From NCBI GenBank assembly GCA_016930235.1, contig JAFGHI010000007.1, positions 27,341 to 91,340 on the forward strand: a stretch of DNA of 64,000 nt, in the 5' to 3' direction. How positions within the stretch are numbered: the stretch's first letter is position 1; each line of letters opens with the position of its first letter. The position numbers and the translations under genes are program-made. Shown here in pieces: positions 56,093 through 64,000 of the stretch. The notes beneath the pieces were generated by a model. It did no database searches. It worked only from the letters and a program-made list of their open reading frames with translations, and had not been told where the DNA came from. The DNA comes from Candidatus Omnitrophota bacterium (GTDB lineage: Bacteria; Omnitrophota; Omnitrophia; Omnitrophales; Aquincolibacteriaceae).

Positions 56093-57630
56093 TGAAACGA
56101 TTAGCCCTCGGATTCATCTTTTTTATCTTGTTAACTATTCATTCGTCCGGGAATATTTTGGAAGCGAAAAGGGAGGTTCCGCTTCCCCAAGACCTCACCG
56201 TCCCGGCCGATCTTTTGAAACGCGGGGAGATGCTCTCCATCGATGAAGCGACGCGCTTGGCCGTTGCTGATAATCTGGATATCCAAATGGTCCGTCTCGA
56301 AAGAGAAGGCACCCAAAAAGATACCCAGATTGCCGACGGTGTTTACGACACGCAAATGGAGCTTGCCGGGACCTATTCTCAGGACAAGGCTGAGCGGGCA
56401 AGCCTTGTGTCGGGCTCCCGGGAACTTGAGGGGATTGTCCAGGTGGGTTTCCAGAAGAAGATTCCCTTGGGGACCGACGTGGGCGTTTCCGTGGGGACGA
56501 TTCGAAGATCCAGTTCAAGCAGTTTTACGACGCTTGACCGGAATTATTCCAGTTTTATGGAAGTGTCCGTGACCCAGCCGCTTTTAAGGAATTTCTTTGG
56601 GTACATTGACCGTAAACAAATCGAACAGGTGAAGATCAATGTGAAAAAGTTCGATTATGAAACCCTTGATCGCATTGAGAGTTCCGTCATCGGGATTAGG
56701 AATCAATATTGGGATTTGGTGTTTGCGTACGAAGATTTGAAAGCGAAACTCGATGCGCTGGGCAAAGCACAGGATTTTTTCCGGATCACCAAAGAAAAAC
56801 TTGATATCGGAACGGCTGAAGAGCCCGATGTCTATGCCGCGGAGGCGAATGTCCGTAACCGTGTGGTCCAGGCTTTGGAAGCGGAAACCCAATTGAACAC
56901 GCATTCTTATTCGTTAAAGGTTCTCCTGGGGGGGATCCAAGTGGATCTTATCCTTCCCTCTGACCGGCCGGAATTTAAAGTGATTGAAGTCCAGTATGAA
57001 GCGGCTTTGAGTGAAGCGATGGAGCAAAGGCGCGATCTTAAACAAATGGAGCTTTCCATTGAAGACCAGGTCATCGAAAGAAAGATCAAGTGGAATGAAA
57101 GGCTTCCCGAGCTTGAATTTGCCGGGACCTGGGCGTCCACGAGTCTTGACCGTGAAATGGCCTCCAGCCAGGGTGAGGTTTTCAGCGGCAATCACCCTCA
57201 GTATTTCGGAGGCGTGACGATGACATCCAACCTTGAACTTCGCGCCGAACGGGGAAGTTACAGCCAGGCGGAGTATGAACTCGCACGGCTTCGCCGTGAG
57301 CTTGAAAAATTGAAGCTCGTGATCGGTCAGGAACTCGACAAGAGCTACCGGACATTAAAATTGGCAGAAGAGCGGGTTAGGCAGACACGCGAGATCGAGA
57401 ATCTTCAGAGGAAGAAACTGACCGAAGAAGAAAAGGACTTTAATGTCGGACGCTCGGATTCCAAAACGATTATTGATTTTCAAGATGATGTGATTAAGGC
57501 CGAAACCGAAGCGATCCTGGCTTTAGTGGATTACGTCAAGGCTGTGGATGGTTTTTACCGGTCCAAACACACCCTGCTGGAGTGGGTCGGCGTGACCGAT
57601 CGGCAAGCGGTGGAAGGGGAAAAGAAGTAA
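56089..57630 (+). CDS. TolC-family outer-membrane efflux protein
   Basis: Signal peptide plus the two-repeat OEP architecture. 513 aa. TAATG overlap with the RND gene. Confidence 0.65.
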   Translation: MMKRLALGFIFFILLTIHSSGNILEAKREVPLPQDLTVPADLLKRGEMLSIDEATRLAVADNLDIQMVRLEREGTQKDTQIADGVYDTQMELAGTYSQDKAERASLVSGSRELEGIVQVGFQKKIPLGTDVGVSVGTIRRSSSSSFTTLDRNYSSFMEVSVTQPLLRNFFGYIDRKQIEQVKINVKKFDYETLDRIESSVIGIRNQYWDLVFAYEDLKAKLDALGKAQDFFRITKEKLDIGTAEEPDVYAAEANVRNRVVQALEAETQLNTHSYSLKVLLGGIQVDLILPSDRPEFKVIEVQYEAALSEAMEQRRDLKQMELSIEDQVIERKIKWNERLPELEFAGTWASTSLDREMASSQGEVFSGNHPQYFGGVTMTSNLELRAERGSYSQAEYELARLRRELEKLKLVIGQELDKSYRTLKLAEERVRQTREIENLQRKKLTEEEKDFNVGRSDSKTIIDFQDDVIKAETEAILALVDYVKAVDGFYRSKHTLLEWVGVTDRQAVEGEKK

Positions 57631-60600
57631 TGAGAAAACTGATTCAATATTGCGTCAACCATTCACTCTTTGTGAATCTGCTTTCGGTCTTTCTTTTTGT
57701 TGCCGGAATTATCTGTTTGATTGCTCTCAGACGCGAGGCCTTTCCCAATATCAGCTGGGATATCGTGGTGGTACAAACCGTCTATTTCGGTGCGCCTCCG
57801 GAAGAAATCGAAAAGTTGATCACCATTGAGCTTGAAGAAGAACTCAAAGAGGTGAACGGGATTGACGAGATGATCTCGGTTTCTTCGGAGAACCGTTCCG
57901 TGATTACTTTGAAGTTGGATCCTGACGAGAAGAACAAACCCAAGATTGTGAATGATATCCAGCGGGCGGTGGACCGGGTCAAAGACCTCCCCGAAGATGC
58001 CGAGGACCCCGTCGTCGAAGAAGTCGAAAGCAAGGACATGCCGGTGATTAATGTCTCGCTTTCCGGGAAAATGTCGGAACACGAACTTCAGAAGATCGCC
58101 AGAAAACTCGAGCTTGAGTTGTTGGACCTTCCGGATGTGGCGCGCATTGACCGCACCGGCTGGCGGGACCGGGAAATATGGGTCGAAGTCGATCCGAAAA
58201 AAGTTGAAGATTATTACCTGTCCTTGTCGGACATTATCCTCTCTTTAAGCAATAAGAATCTCAATATCCCCGGAGGAACTCTGGACACGCCGAAGGGCGA
58301 ATATTTGATCCGCACGATCGGTGAATTTGGTACTGCCGCAGAGATCGAAAAAGTGATTATCCGTGCTAATGACCAGGGCAATTGGATTCAAGTGCAAGAT
58401 GTCGCGCAGGTTCAAGATACCTTTGAAGACGATGATTTGATTGAAAAGACCCATGGGGAGCTTGCGATTACCCTCACGGTGGTTAAAAAAGAAAAAGGGG
58501 ATATCATCCGTCTTGTGGAGGATATCAAGACGAAAGTCGAGGACTTCAAAAAAGATGCGCCGGAAGGACTTCGTGTCAGTTACTTTGATGATTTTTCGTA
58601 TTACGTTAAACGCCGTTTAAATGTGCTCACCAATAATGGATTTATTGGTGTGACCTTGGTCGTGGTTGCCTTATTTATCTTCCTGACGCGGACCGTCGCG
58701 ATCATGACGGCGATCGGCATCCCCATCGCGATTTTGACGGCCTTTTTTGTGATGTATATTTCCGGTTTTACCATCAACCTGATCACGATGTTTGCGCTCA
58801 TTATGGTCTTGGGAATGGTGGTGGATGATGCCATCATTATTTCCGAAAATGTTTACCGGCACATGGAAAAAGGCAAGGCGCCGCGGGAGGCTGCGGTGAT
58901 CGGGACAAGTGAAGTTGCCGTCCCGGTGATTTCGACAGTCCTTACGACCATCGTTGCTTTTGTCCCGCTTTTTTTCATGAGCGGTATTATGGGGAAATTT
59001 ATTTGGGCGATGCCGATGGTGGTCATTATTGCCTTAAGCGCTTCGCTCTTTGAGGCGCTCTTCATCCTTCCCAGCCACTTGGCGGATTTCGGACGGGTCT
59101 CGACCTCTGAGCACAAGAAGAAAGTCGAGGTCTGGATGCAGCAATTTCAGGAGTTTTACCTTTCAGGCCTGAGGTGGGTGATCAAACAACGTTATCTCTT
59201 TATCGGGAGTGCGTTCAGTTTGTTTTTTCTGGTCGTCATTTTTAATCTTTTAGGGTTGCATTTTGTCCTTTTCCCCCAGGGGTTGATCGAGGAGTTTTTT
59301 ATCCGCTTGAAGGCCCCGATCGAAACCTCGATTCAGGAAATGGAAAAGAAAATGAACCAGGTCGATCAACTGGTGGCCAAGCTTCCTGACAATGAATTGG
59401 ATAATTTCGTCACGCGGGTCGGGATGCAGATGACCGACCATAGCGGACTTGATAATGTCCGGGGGTCGCATCTGGGTCAAATTCACATCTTTTTGACACC
59501 TGAAACGACGCACGGAAGGCGTAAGGCCGATGAGATTATTGCTTGGCTGCGAAAAGAGATGAAAGGGATGGAGAATTTATTCGAAGAGATTACCTTTGAG
59601 AAGGTTCGGGCCGGGCCGCCGGTAGGAAAGCCCGTTGAAATCCGGATCCGAGGGGATGAGTTTTCCGTTCTCGAAGAGGTCGCTGAGAAGGTGAAGGCAC
59701 GATTACATAAAATTGAGGGGGTCGAGGACATTGAAGATGACTATAGTGTCGGGAAGCCTGAGATCCGGATCAATGTCGATGAGGAAGCGGCGACCAAGGC
59801 TTATCTCAGTATTCGGGATATTTCGACAGCGGTCCGGAATGCGATGGATGGCGGGATTGCAACCAAGATCCGCAAAACGGATGAAGAAATCGATGTGATT
59901 GTCCGCTACCCTGCGTCGGAGACCAATGGCGAAGAGGTCTTGGAATCGATACGGATCCCCAACCGGTACGGGAATCTGGTGGCCCTCAACAAGGTTGCGA
60001 ACTTGGAAAAAAAGCAGGGGATCAATACGATCAAACATTTTGACCGTAAGCGCCTGGTGAATGTGACCGCGAGCGTGAATGAGGAGAAGGTGACCCCGGT
60101 TGAGATTGAAAAGATCATGACCCGTTACATCAAGGAAGATATCATGCCCCATTATTCAGGCGTGAACGTTAGTTTCGGGGGTGAGCAGGAGGAAACCCGA
60201 AAATCCCAGGCGGATTTTATTCGCGCGATCATCTTGGCGGTCTTCCTTATCTTCATCATTTTGGCGGCCAATTTTAATTCCGTCATTCAGCCGATTGTGG
60301 TGATGATGGCGATCCCTTTTGGGATTACCGGAGTTTTTCTGGCCTTTTTTCTTCACGGGATGGCGCTCAGTTTTATGGCGCGCCTTGGAATGATCGGGTT
60401 AAGCGGAGTGGTGGTGAATGATGCGATTGTTCTGGTGAGTTTTATCAATCAATTGCGACGCGAAGGGATGAGTTCGATTGATGCCGTTTTTGAGGCGGGT
60501 CGCTTAAGGCTGCGGCCGGTCCTTTTAACGACGGTTACAACGATAGCAGGATTGCTTCCCGTGGCTTACGGGATCGGCGGCAATGATCCCTTTATCCGTC

Positions 60601-60800
60601 CGATGGCGCTGGCGGTAGGCTGGGGACTTTTCTTTGGGACGGTTCTCACGCTTCTTGTGATCCCTTGTATTTATGTTGTGATGGCCGATGATTTTTCGGG
60701 GTGGTGCCGGCATTGCGGGGAATATGTGGCGAAGACGCTCTGGCCGCGGTTGAAGCATTTCATCTCGGCCGGTTTTTTGTCGATAATGAAAAAATCATGA
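57630..60800 (+). CDS. RND-superfamily efflux permease (AcrB/CzcA family)
   Basis: 1057 aa. 12 TM helices with two large periplasmic loops. The segment LITMFALIMVLGMVVDDAIIISENVYRH is a conserved RND TM4 block. Confidence 0.8.
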   Translation: MRKLIQYCVNHSLFVNLLSVFLFVAGIICLIALRREAFPNISWDIVVVQTVYFGAPPEEIEKLITIELEEELKEVNGIDEMISVSSENRSVITLKLDPDEKNKPKIVNDIQRAVDRVKDLPEDAEDPVVEEVESKDMPVINVSLSGKMSEHELQKIARKLELELLDLPDVARIDRTGWRDREIWVEVDPKKVEDYYLSLSDIILSLSNKNLNIPGGTLDTPKGEYLIRTIGEFGTAAEIEKVIIRANDQGNWIQVQDVAQVQDTFEDDDLIEKTHGELAITLTVVKKEKGDIIRLVEDIKTKVEDFKKDAPEGLRVSYFDDFSYYVKRRLNVLTNNGFIGVTLVVVALFIFLTRTVAIMTAIGIPIAILTAFFVMYISGFTINLITMFALIMVLGMVVDDAIIISENVYRHMEKGKAPREAAVIGTSEVAVPVISTVLTTIVAFVPLFFMSGIMGKFIWAMPMVVIIALSASLFEALFILPSHLADFGRVSTSEHKKKVEVWMQQFQEFYLSGLRWVIKQRYLFIGSAFSLFFLVVIFNLLGLHFVLFPQGLIEEFFIRLKAPIETSIQEMEKKMNQVDQLVAKLPDNELDNFVTRVGMQMTDHSGLDNVRGSHLGQIHIFLTPETTHGRRKADEIIAWLRKEMKGMENLFEEITFEKVRAGPPVGKPVEIRIRGDEFSVLEEVAEKVKARLHKIEGVEDIEDDYSVGKPEIRINVDEEAATKAYLSIRDISTAVRNAMDGGIATKIRKTDEEIDVIVRYPASETNGEEVLESIRIPNRYGNLVALNKVANLEKKQGINTIKHFDRKRLVNVTASVNEEKVTPVEIEKIMTRYIKEDIMPHYSGVNVSFGGEQEETRKSQADFIRAIILAVFLIFIILAANFNSVIQPIVVMMAIPFGITGVFLAFFLHGMALSFMARLGMIGLSGVVVNDAIVLVSFINQLRREGMSSIDAVFEAGRLRLRPVLLTTVTTIAGLLPVAYGIGGNDPFIRPMALAVGWGLFFGTVLTLLVIPCIYVVMADDFSGWCRHCGEYVAKTLWPRLKHFISAGFLSIMKKS

Positions 60801-61906
60801 GAAAAATTTTCATCGGGACGATTATTCTTGCTTCAACGCTTGTGAGCGTTCCTTCAGGATGGGCTGCGGCCAAGAAACCGGAGATTCCGAAGGCCCCCAA
60901 TTTTTATTGGGGTGGCATTTGGCTCAATACGCCCGCTTTGACACGCCGGTTTTTTGAAGGGAAGGTCACGCTGGTTTATTTTTGGGATTATGCGTCGATC
61001 AATGCCATCCGGGATATCGGGACACTCCAAAAATGGCTTGAGGCTTACCGTTCTTTTGGTTTTGAAATCTTATGGGTGCATGCGCCCTCTTATGAATTCG
61101 GCAAGCAAAGGGAAAACGTGGAGGAGGTTCTCAAGCGGTTTGGCATTACGGGGCCCGTACTTTTGGACAATGATTTTAAGTTATGGGATGCCTATAAGGT
61201 CCGTTCCTGGCCGACCAAGGTGCTTGTGAATCCGCAGACGGCCATCATTCATACACAGGTCGGAGAAGGGAATTATATGGATATTGAGACAAGGATCCGC
61301 GAAGAATTGCGGGATAAGCAAGTGAGTGTGATGCTGCCGACGCCTGTTTTTGCGCGGGAGCCCATCCGGTACAGTTTGGATGAGTGCGGTGCGATTATGA
61401 CGGAGACCCCGATCGGGTATGACCGGTTTAAATGGTGGGGCGGGCAGATTGCCAATAAAAGGTGGGTCGATCCCGACGGGACCTTGCTTTTCAAGGACCG
61501 GGGAGATCGGGTGGAGCGCGGGTTTTTCGCCGAAGGGCTTTGGACCAATGGTGCTGAAGGGTTCATCCACGCGCGCGAAACGGAGCATCTGACGGATTAT
61601 TTGGGGCTCCTTTACCAATCCTTTGAAGTCTATACGGTGGTTCATCATACCCGGGCCGGTGAGACCGCGCGTATCTATGTCACCCGCGACGGCGAACCTG
61701 TCCCCGAGGAGATGCGGGGGAGTGACCTGAAGGAAGATGCCCGCGGCAGCACCTATTTTCTAATGCAGGAACCTCGTCTTTACTACTTAATCACCCAAGA
61801 GGATGAAGAGTGGCATGAGATCAAATTGTGGACCCGTTCGGAAGGTGTTTCGGTGAATGCTTTCTCATTTTCAAACCGCTGCTTGAGCGACTTCGCCCAC
61901 CTTTGA
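60797..61906 (+). CDS. Secreted thioredoxin-fold (TlpA/redoxin-like) protein lacking the CxxC active site, with C-terminal unknown domain
   Basis: Signal peptide. VTLVYFWDYASINAIRDI aligns with the redoxin active-site region, but the cysteines are replaced. ATGA overlap with the RND stop. Confidence 0.4.
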   Translation: MRKIFIGTIILASTLVSVPSGWAAAKKPEIPKAPNFYWGGIWLNTPALTRRFFEGKVTLVYFWDYASINAIRDIGTLQKWLEAYRSFGFEILWVHAPSYEFGKQRENVEEVLKRFGITGPVLLDNDFKLWDAYKVRSWPTKVLVNPQTAIIHTQVGEGNYMDIETRIREELRDKQVSVMLPTPVFAREPIRYSLDECGAIMTETPIGYDRFKWWGGQIANKRWVDPDGTLLFKDRGDRVERGFFAEGLWTNGAEGFIHARETEHLTDYLGLLYQSFEVYTVVHHTRAGETARIYVTRDGEPVPEEMRGSDLKEDARGSTYFLMQEPRLYYLITQEDEEWHEIKLWTRSEGVSVNAFSFSNRCLSDFAHL

Positions 61907-62648
61907 GCCCGTCGGCCTCCGGCCTCGCCCACCGCTGGCGCCCACCGCGGCGGTGTCCTTTTTTTTCAGCAAAGATGACCTTTTTTATCTTGGCAAGTTC
62001 CCGCTGGGCCGAAATTCGGTTTTCGACAAAGGATTGGTATCGTTTGGGCTCGATCTTAAGGACATCCTTGAATTCACAAATTGCGTCTTCAACCGGGATG
62101 TTTTCGTGATAAAGATATTCCAGATAAGATGAAGCGGGCCAATCCCCGGGATGATTAACAAGACGTGCGGTCACAGGGTTAAGATGCAGATAGCGCGTGA
62201 GGTGGAGTAGCTGTTCGTCCTTTGTCACATGGACCCATTTGTAACGGCTTTGCCAGAGAGGTCCTTTGCGATTGTGAACGAGATTAAAATATCGGGTATA
62301 GCTGTTAAGGATATCGTTCATAAATTTCGCGATAGCTCGGTTGGAATGTGGGCTCAAAATCAAATGAAGATGAGTCGGCATGAGACAATAGGCGATTATT
62401 TGAATATTCTTTTTATGGTCAGCAAAGTGATGCGAGAAGACTTTGTGGAAGCCGAACGTTTGGACCTCTTTAAGTTCGAGGTATTTTGAGAAGCGATAAG
62501 CGTGATGATTGTATTGGAAAAACCGTATGAGCTGAAGCATCCTTAGATAATCGCTGTTGTGTTGGAAGATTTCAAATCCCGCGATGGATTTAGTATACAC
62601 ATGGTAATTTTCTCCCGCGGTCAGGGGATGGATAGGTTCTTGAATCAT
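61821..62648 (-). mobile_element. REP-associated tyrosine transposase (RAYT; IS200/IS605 TnpA-like Y1 HuH transposase)
   Basis: HuH motif IIAYCLMPTHLHLIL. Catalytic Tyr region GPLWQSRYKWVHV. It is flanked by inverted REP copies. The track ORF tail (GHRRGGRQRWARPEADG...) reads through the REP, so the true stop may be earlier. Confidence 0.65.
61905..61968. repeat. REP element copy (GCCCACCGCTGGCGCCCACCGCGGCGGTGTCCTTTTTTTT) at the 3' side of the RAYT gene
   Basis: Shares a 23-nt identical core with the copy at 54066-54088. It is preceded by a GGCCTCCGGCC palindrome. Confidence 0.75.
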
Positions 62649-62950
62649 AGCTTTTGAAGTTCCTTTCCGGCGCTTCGATCGATTTTATATTTTGCGACTC
62701 TGAGCGCATCCGGGAAGTAAACCCAGCATTCTTGAATGCCGGGATCTTTGCAGACCACCACGAGTTTTTTCTCTAACGAGAAACTTTGATGATCCTGCAA
62801 ATGCTCGGCCCGGATATCCCGGTGGCGGAGTTTCCGTATCAGGAAATGCCTTTCTCTTTCTAAAAGCTGGCAAGCGATTTCGAGAAAATCGTTGACGATG
62901 TCCTCCCAAACGTGATGGGTTGGGGCCTGGCTTTGGATACTTGTTGTCAT
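62645..62950 (-). CDS. Hypothetical 101-aa protein encoded immediately upstream of, and overlapping by 4 nt, the RAYT gene
   Basis: ORF only; no family recognised. A palindromic site lies ~100 bp upstream. Confidence 0.3.
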   Translation of the reverse strand: MTTSIQSQAPTHHVWEDIVNDFLEIACQLLERERHFLIRKLRHRDIRAEHLQDHQSFSLEKKLVVVCKDPGIQECWVYFPDALRVAKYKIDRSAGKELQKL

Positions 62951-63048
62951 TTTCTTTCTCCTTTTGAAGAAGTGTCAGAAGCTTACCGGGTAAAATAAAA
63001 AAAGGGAAGGACAGAACAGAAAAAAGTTTCGGGGTATCTACTAATAAT

Positions 63049-63077
63049 GGATATGAATCTACTAATAGTAGATATCC
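63049..63077. promoter_or_regulatory. Palindrome GGATATgaATCTACTAaTAGTAGATATCC with an adjacent direct half-site repeat
   Basis: Perfect 8-1-8 core ATCTACTAaTAGTAGAT at 63057-63073 with flanking GGATAT/ATATCC. An extra ATCTACTAATAAT lies at 63036-63048. Confidence 0.45.
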
Positions 63078-63116
63078 TGAGCGGAAATAAGAAGTTTACA
63101 AATGTAAGGAAAGTAA

Positions 63117-63172
63117 GAAAAGGCCACCGCCGCGGTGGGCGCTAGCGGTGGTCGGGCCTGCCGGAGGCAGGC
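63117..63172. repeat. REP element copy in inverted orientation relative to 61926-61966, followed by a GCCTGCCggagGCAGGC hairpin
   Basis: GAAAAGGCCACCGCCGCGGTGGGCGCTAGCGGTGGTCG is ~95% identical to the reverse complement of the 61926-61966 copy. Confidence 0.75.
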
Positions 63173-63214
63173 GGCGCGGTGCGGAAGCGGTTTCGTGAGC
63201 GGGAGGGGTCGTGA

Positions 63215-63220
63215 TATAAT
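63215..63220 (+). promoter_or_regulatory. TATAAT -10 hexamer 8 nt upstream of the queF ATG
   Basis: gtgaTATAATcctccgcATG. This implies a leaderless or very short-leader transcript, or an incidental match. Confidence 0.25.
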
Positions 63221-63227
63221 CCTCCGC

Positions 63228-63629
63228 ATGCCGAGCCGACCGTCGAAAAAATTAGAAGTGTTCGCCAATCCGTGTCCCGGGCGGGATTATGAGATCCGCA
63301 TGGAGTGTCCGGAGTTTACGTGTGTCTGTCCCCAAACAGGCCAGCCCGACTTCGCTACGATGCGGCTGTTTTATATTCCCGACCAGTGGTGTGTGGAACT
63401 CAAAAGCCTGAAGCTTTATTTTTGGAGTTACCGCGACGAAGGGCATTTTCACGAGAAGGTGACGAATCAGATCCTGGAGGACCTGGTCAAGGTGACCCAG
63501 CCCCGCTATCTCAGGCTTACGGCCGATTTTAATGTCCGGGGAGGGATTCACACGGTGATCCAAGTGGACCACACAAAGAAGGGCTACAAAATTCCGGAAT
63601 TGATCAAAGAGAAAATCCTTCAAGAATGA
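63228..63629 (+). CDS. queF: NADPH-dependent 7-cyano-7-deazaguanine reductase (preQ0 reductase), unimodular type
   Basis: The catalytic Cys is in [15 protein letters not shown]. The QueF signature is [20 protein letters not shown]. The track N-terminal extension from 63135 is translated REP DNA. Confidence 0.8.
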   Translation: MPSRPSKKLEVFANPCPGRDYEIRMECPEFTCVCPQTGQPDFATMRLFYIPDQWCVELKSLKLYFWSYRDEGHFHEKVTNQILEDLVKVTQPRYLRLTADFNVRGGIHTVIQVDHTKKGYKIPELIKEKILQE

Positions 63630-64000
63630 ACTTTCCCCGAGACCGCCAAAAAACATTTTTAAGATCGCTTTTATCCGGCCATCGTCTTTATTTCCTGACA
63701 TTCCTTTTTTTATTCTTATCGGGCCCTGTCTTATCCGCCCGGGAAGACACCTATCGCTATATCATTCGTAACGCCTACGTCTTTGACGGAAAATCACCCG
63801 AAGGGTTCCTCGGGGATGTCGCCATCAGCGAAGACAAGATTGCGGCGGTCGGCAATCTCAAAGACGCCAAGGCCCTTGAGGAGATCGAAGGCAAAGACTT
63901 GGTTTTGGCCCCCGGGTTTATTGATGTCCACACGCATTCGGACTTTAACCCTCTTGTTTACCCGGAACTTCCGAACAAACTCATGCAGGGCGTCACGACC
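63626..64000 (+). CDS. Secreted amidohydrolase-family protein (D-aminoacylase/N-acyl-D-amino-acid deacylase-like), 5' partial at window end
   Basis: Signal peptide. YVFDG...[14 protein letters not shown]...[14 protein letters not shown] is the metal-binding HxH of the amidohydrolase fold. It is truncated by the window edge. Confidence 0.5.
   Translation, partial: MNFPRDRQKTFLRSLLSGHRLYFLTFLFLFLSGPVLSAREDTYRYIIRNAYVFDGKSPEGFLGDVAISEDKIAAVGNLKDAKALEEIEGKDLVLAPGFIDVHTHSDFNPLVYPELPNKLMQGVTT

Noticed and set aside
63135-63227. N-terminal extension of queF in the track ([20 protein letters not shown]...)
   Set aside because: This stretch is the translated GC-rich REP element. QueF homology begins at the ATG at 63228.

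Overview
The window looks like chromosomal DNA from a moderate-GC (~48%) bacterium, possibly an uncultivated lineage, and reads as a cell-envelope and glycan-modification neighbourhood built around a Tad/Flp (type IVb) pilus system. I can support about 65 genes; the tRNA/rRNA scan was manual and limited to intergenic regions, and no CRISPR was seen.

Main blocks, in order:
- An MBOAT O-acyltransferase followed by four paralogous membrane-anchored SGNH/AlgJ-like proteins and a GT2.
- hemE and a HemY-type oxidase, a sulfatase-family membrane protein, a 2-hydroxyacid dehydrogenase, a standalone pilT, and an ICMT-like methyltransferase.
- Three TadE/TadG-like pseudopilin genes on the minus strand; one of them carries a ~150-aa Pro/Thr-rich tract.
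- An ~8.7 kb block of membrane glycosyltransferases: a GT39/PMT-like GT-C fused to a PA14 domain, a PIG-V-like mannosyltransferase, a Dpm1-like polyprenol-phosphate-sugar GT2, and two members of a paralogous family of large polytopic membrane proteins.
- A complete flp-cpaB-cpaC-cpaE-cpaF-tadB-tadC operon. The 55-aa Flp pilin is absent from the ORF track and is followed by a strong intrinsic terminator. Downstream lie a DUF192 gene, an orphan receiver and a PAS histidine kinase that contains an 18-nt tandem repeat encoding (GEGxGP)n.
- Housekeeping genes (hldD, folB-folK, rlmD-like, trmB, a pseudouridine synthase), a marR-tolC-RND operon, a REP-flanked RAYT (Y1 HuH transposase), and queF.

The most interesting inference is that the GT39+PA14 / Dpm1-like / PIG-V-like block, sitting between the pseudopilin genes and the flp operon, is a candidate protein O-mannosylation system whose target is the Pro/Thr-rich minor pilin or the Flp pilus. 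Second is a GC-rich REP family: a 25-bp perfect-inverted-repeat doublet has replaced the native stop of the rlmD-like gene, and two more copies flank a RAYT gene.
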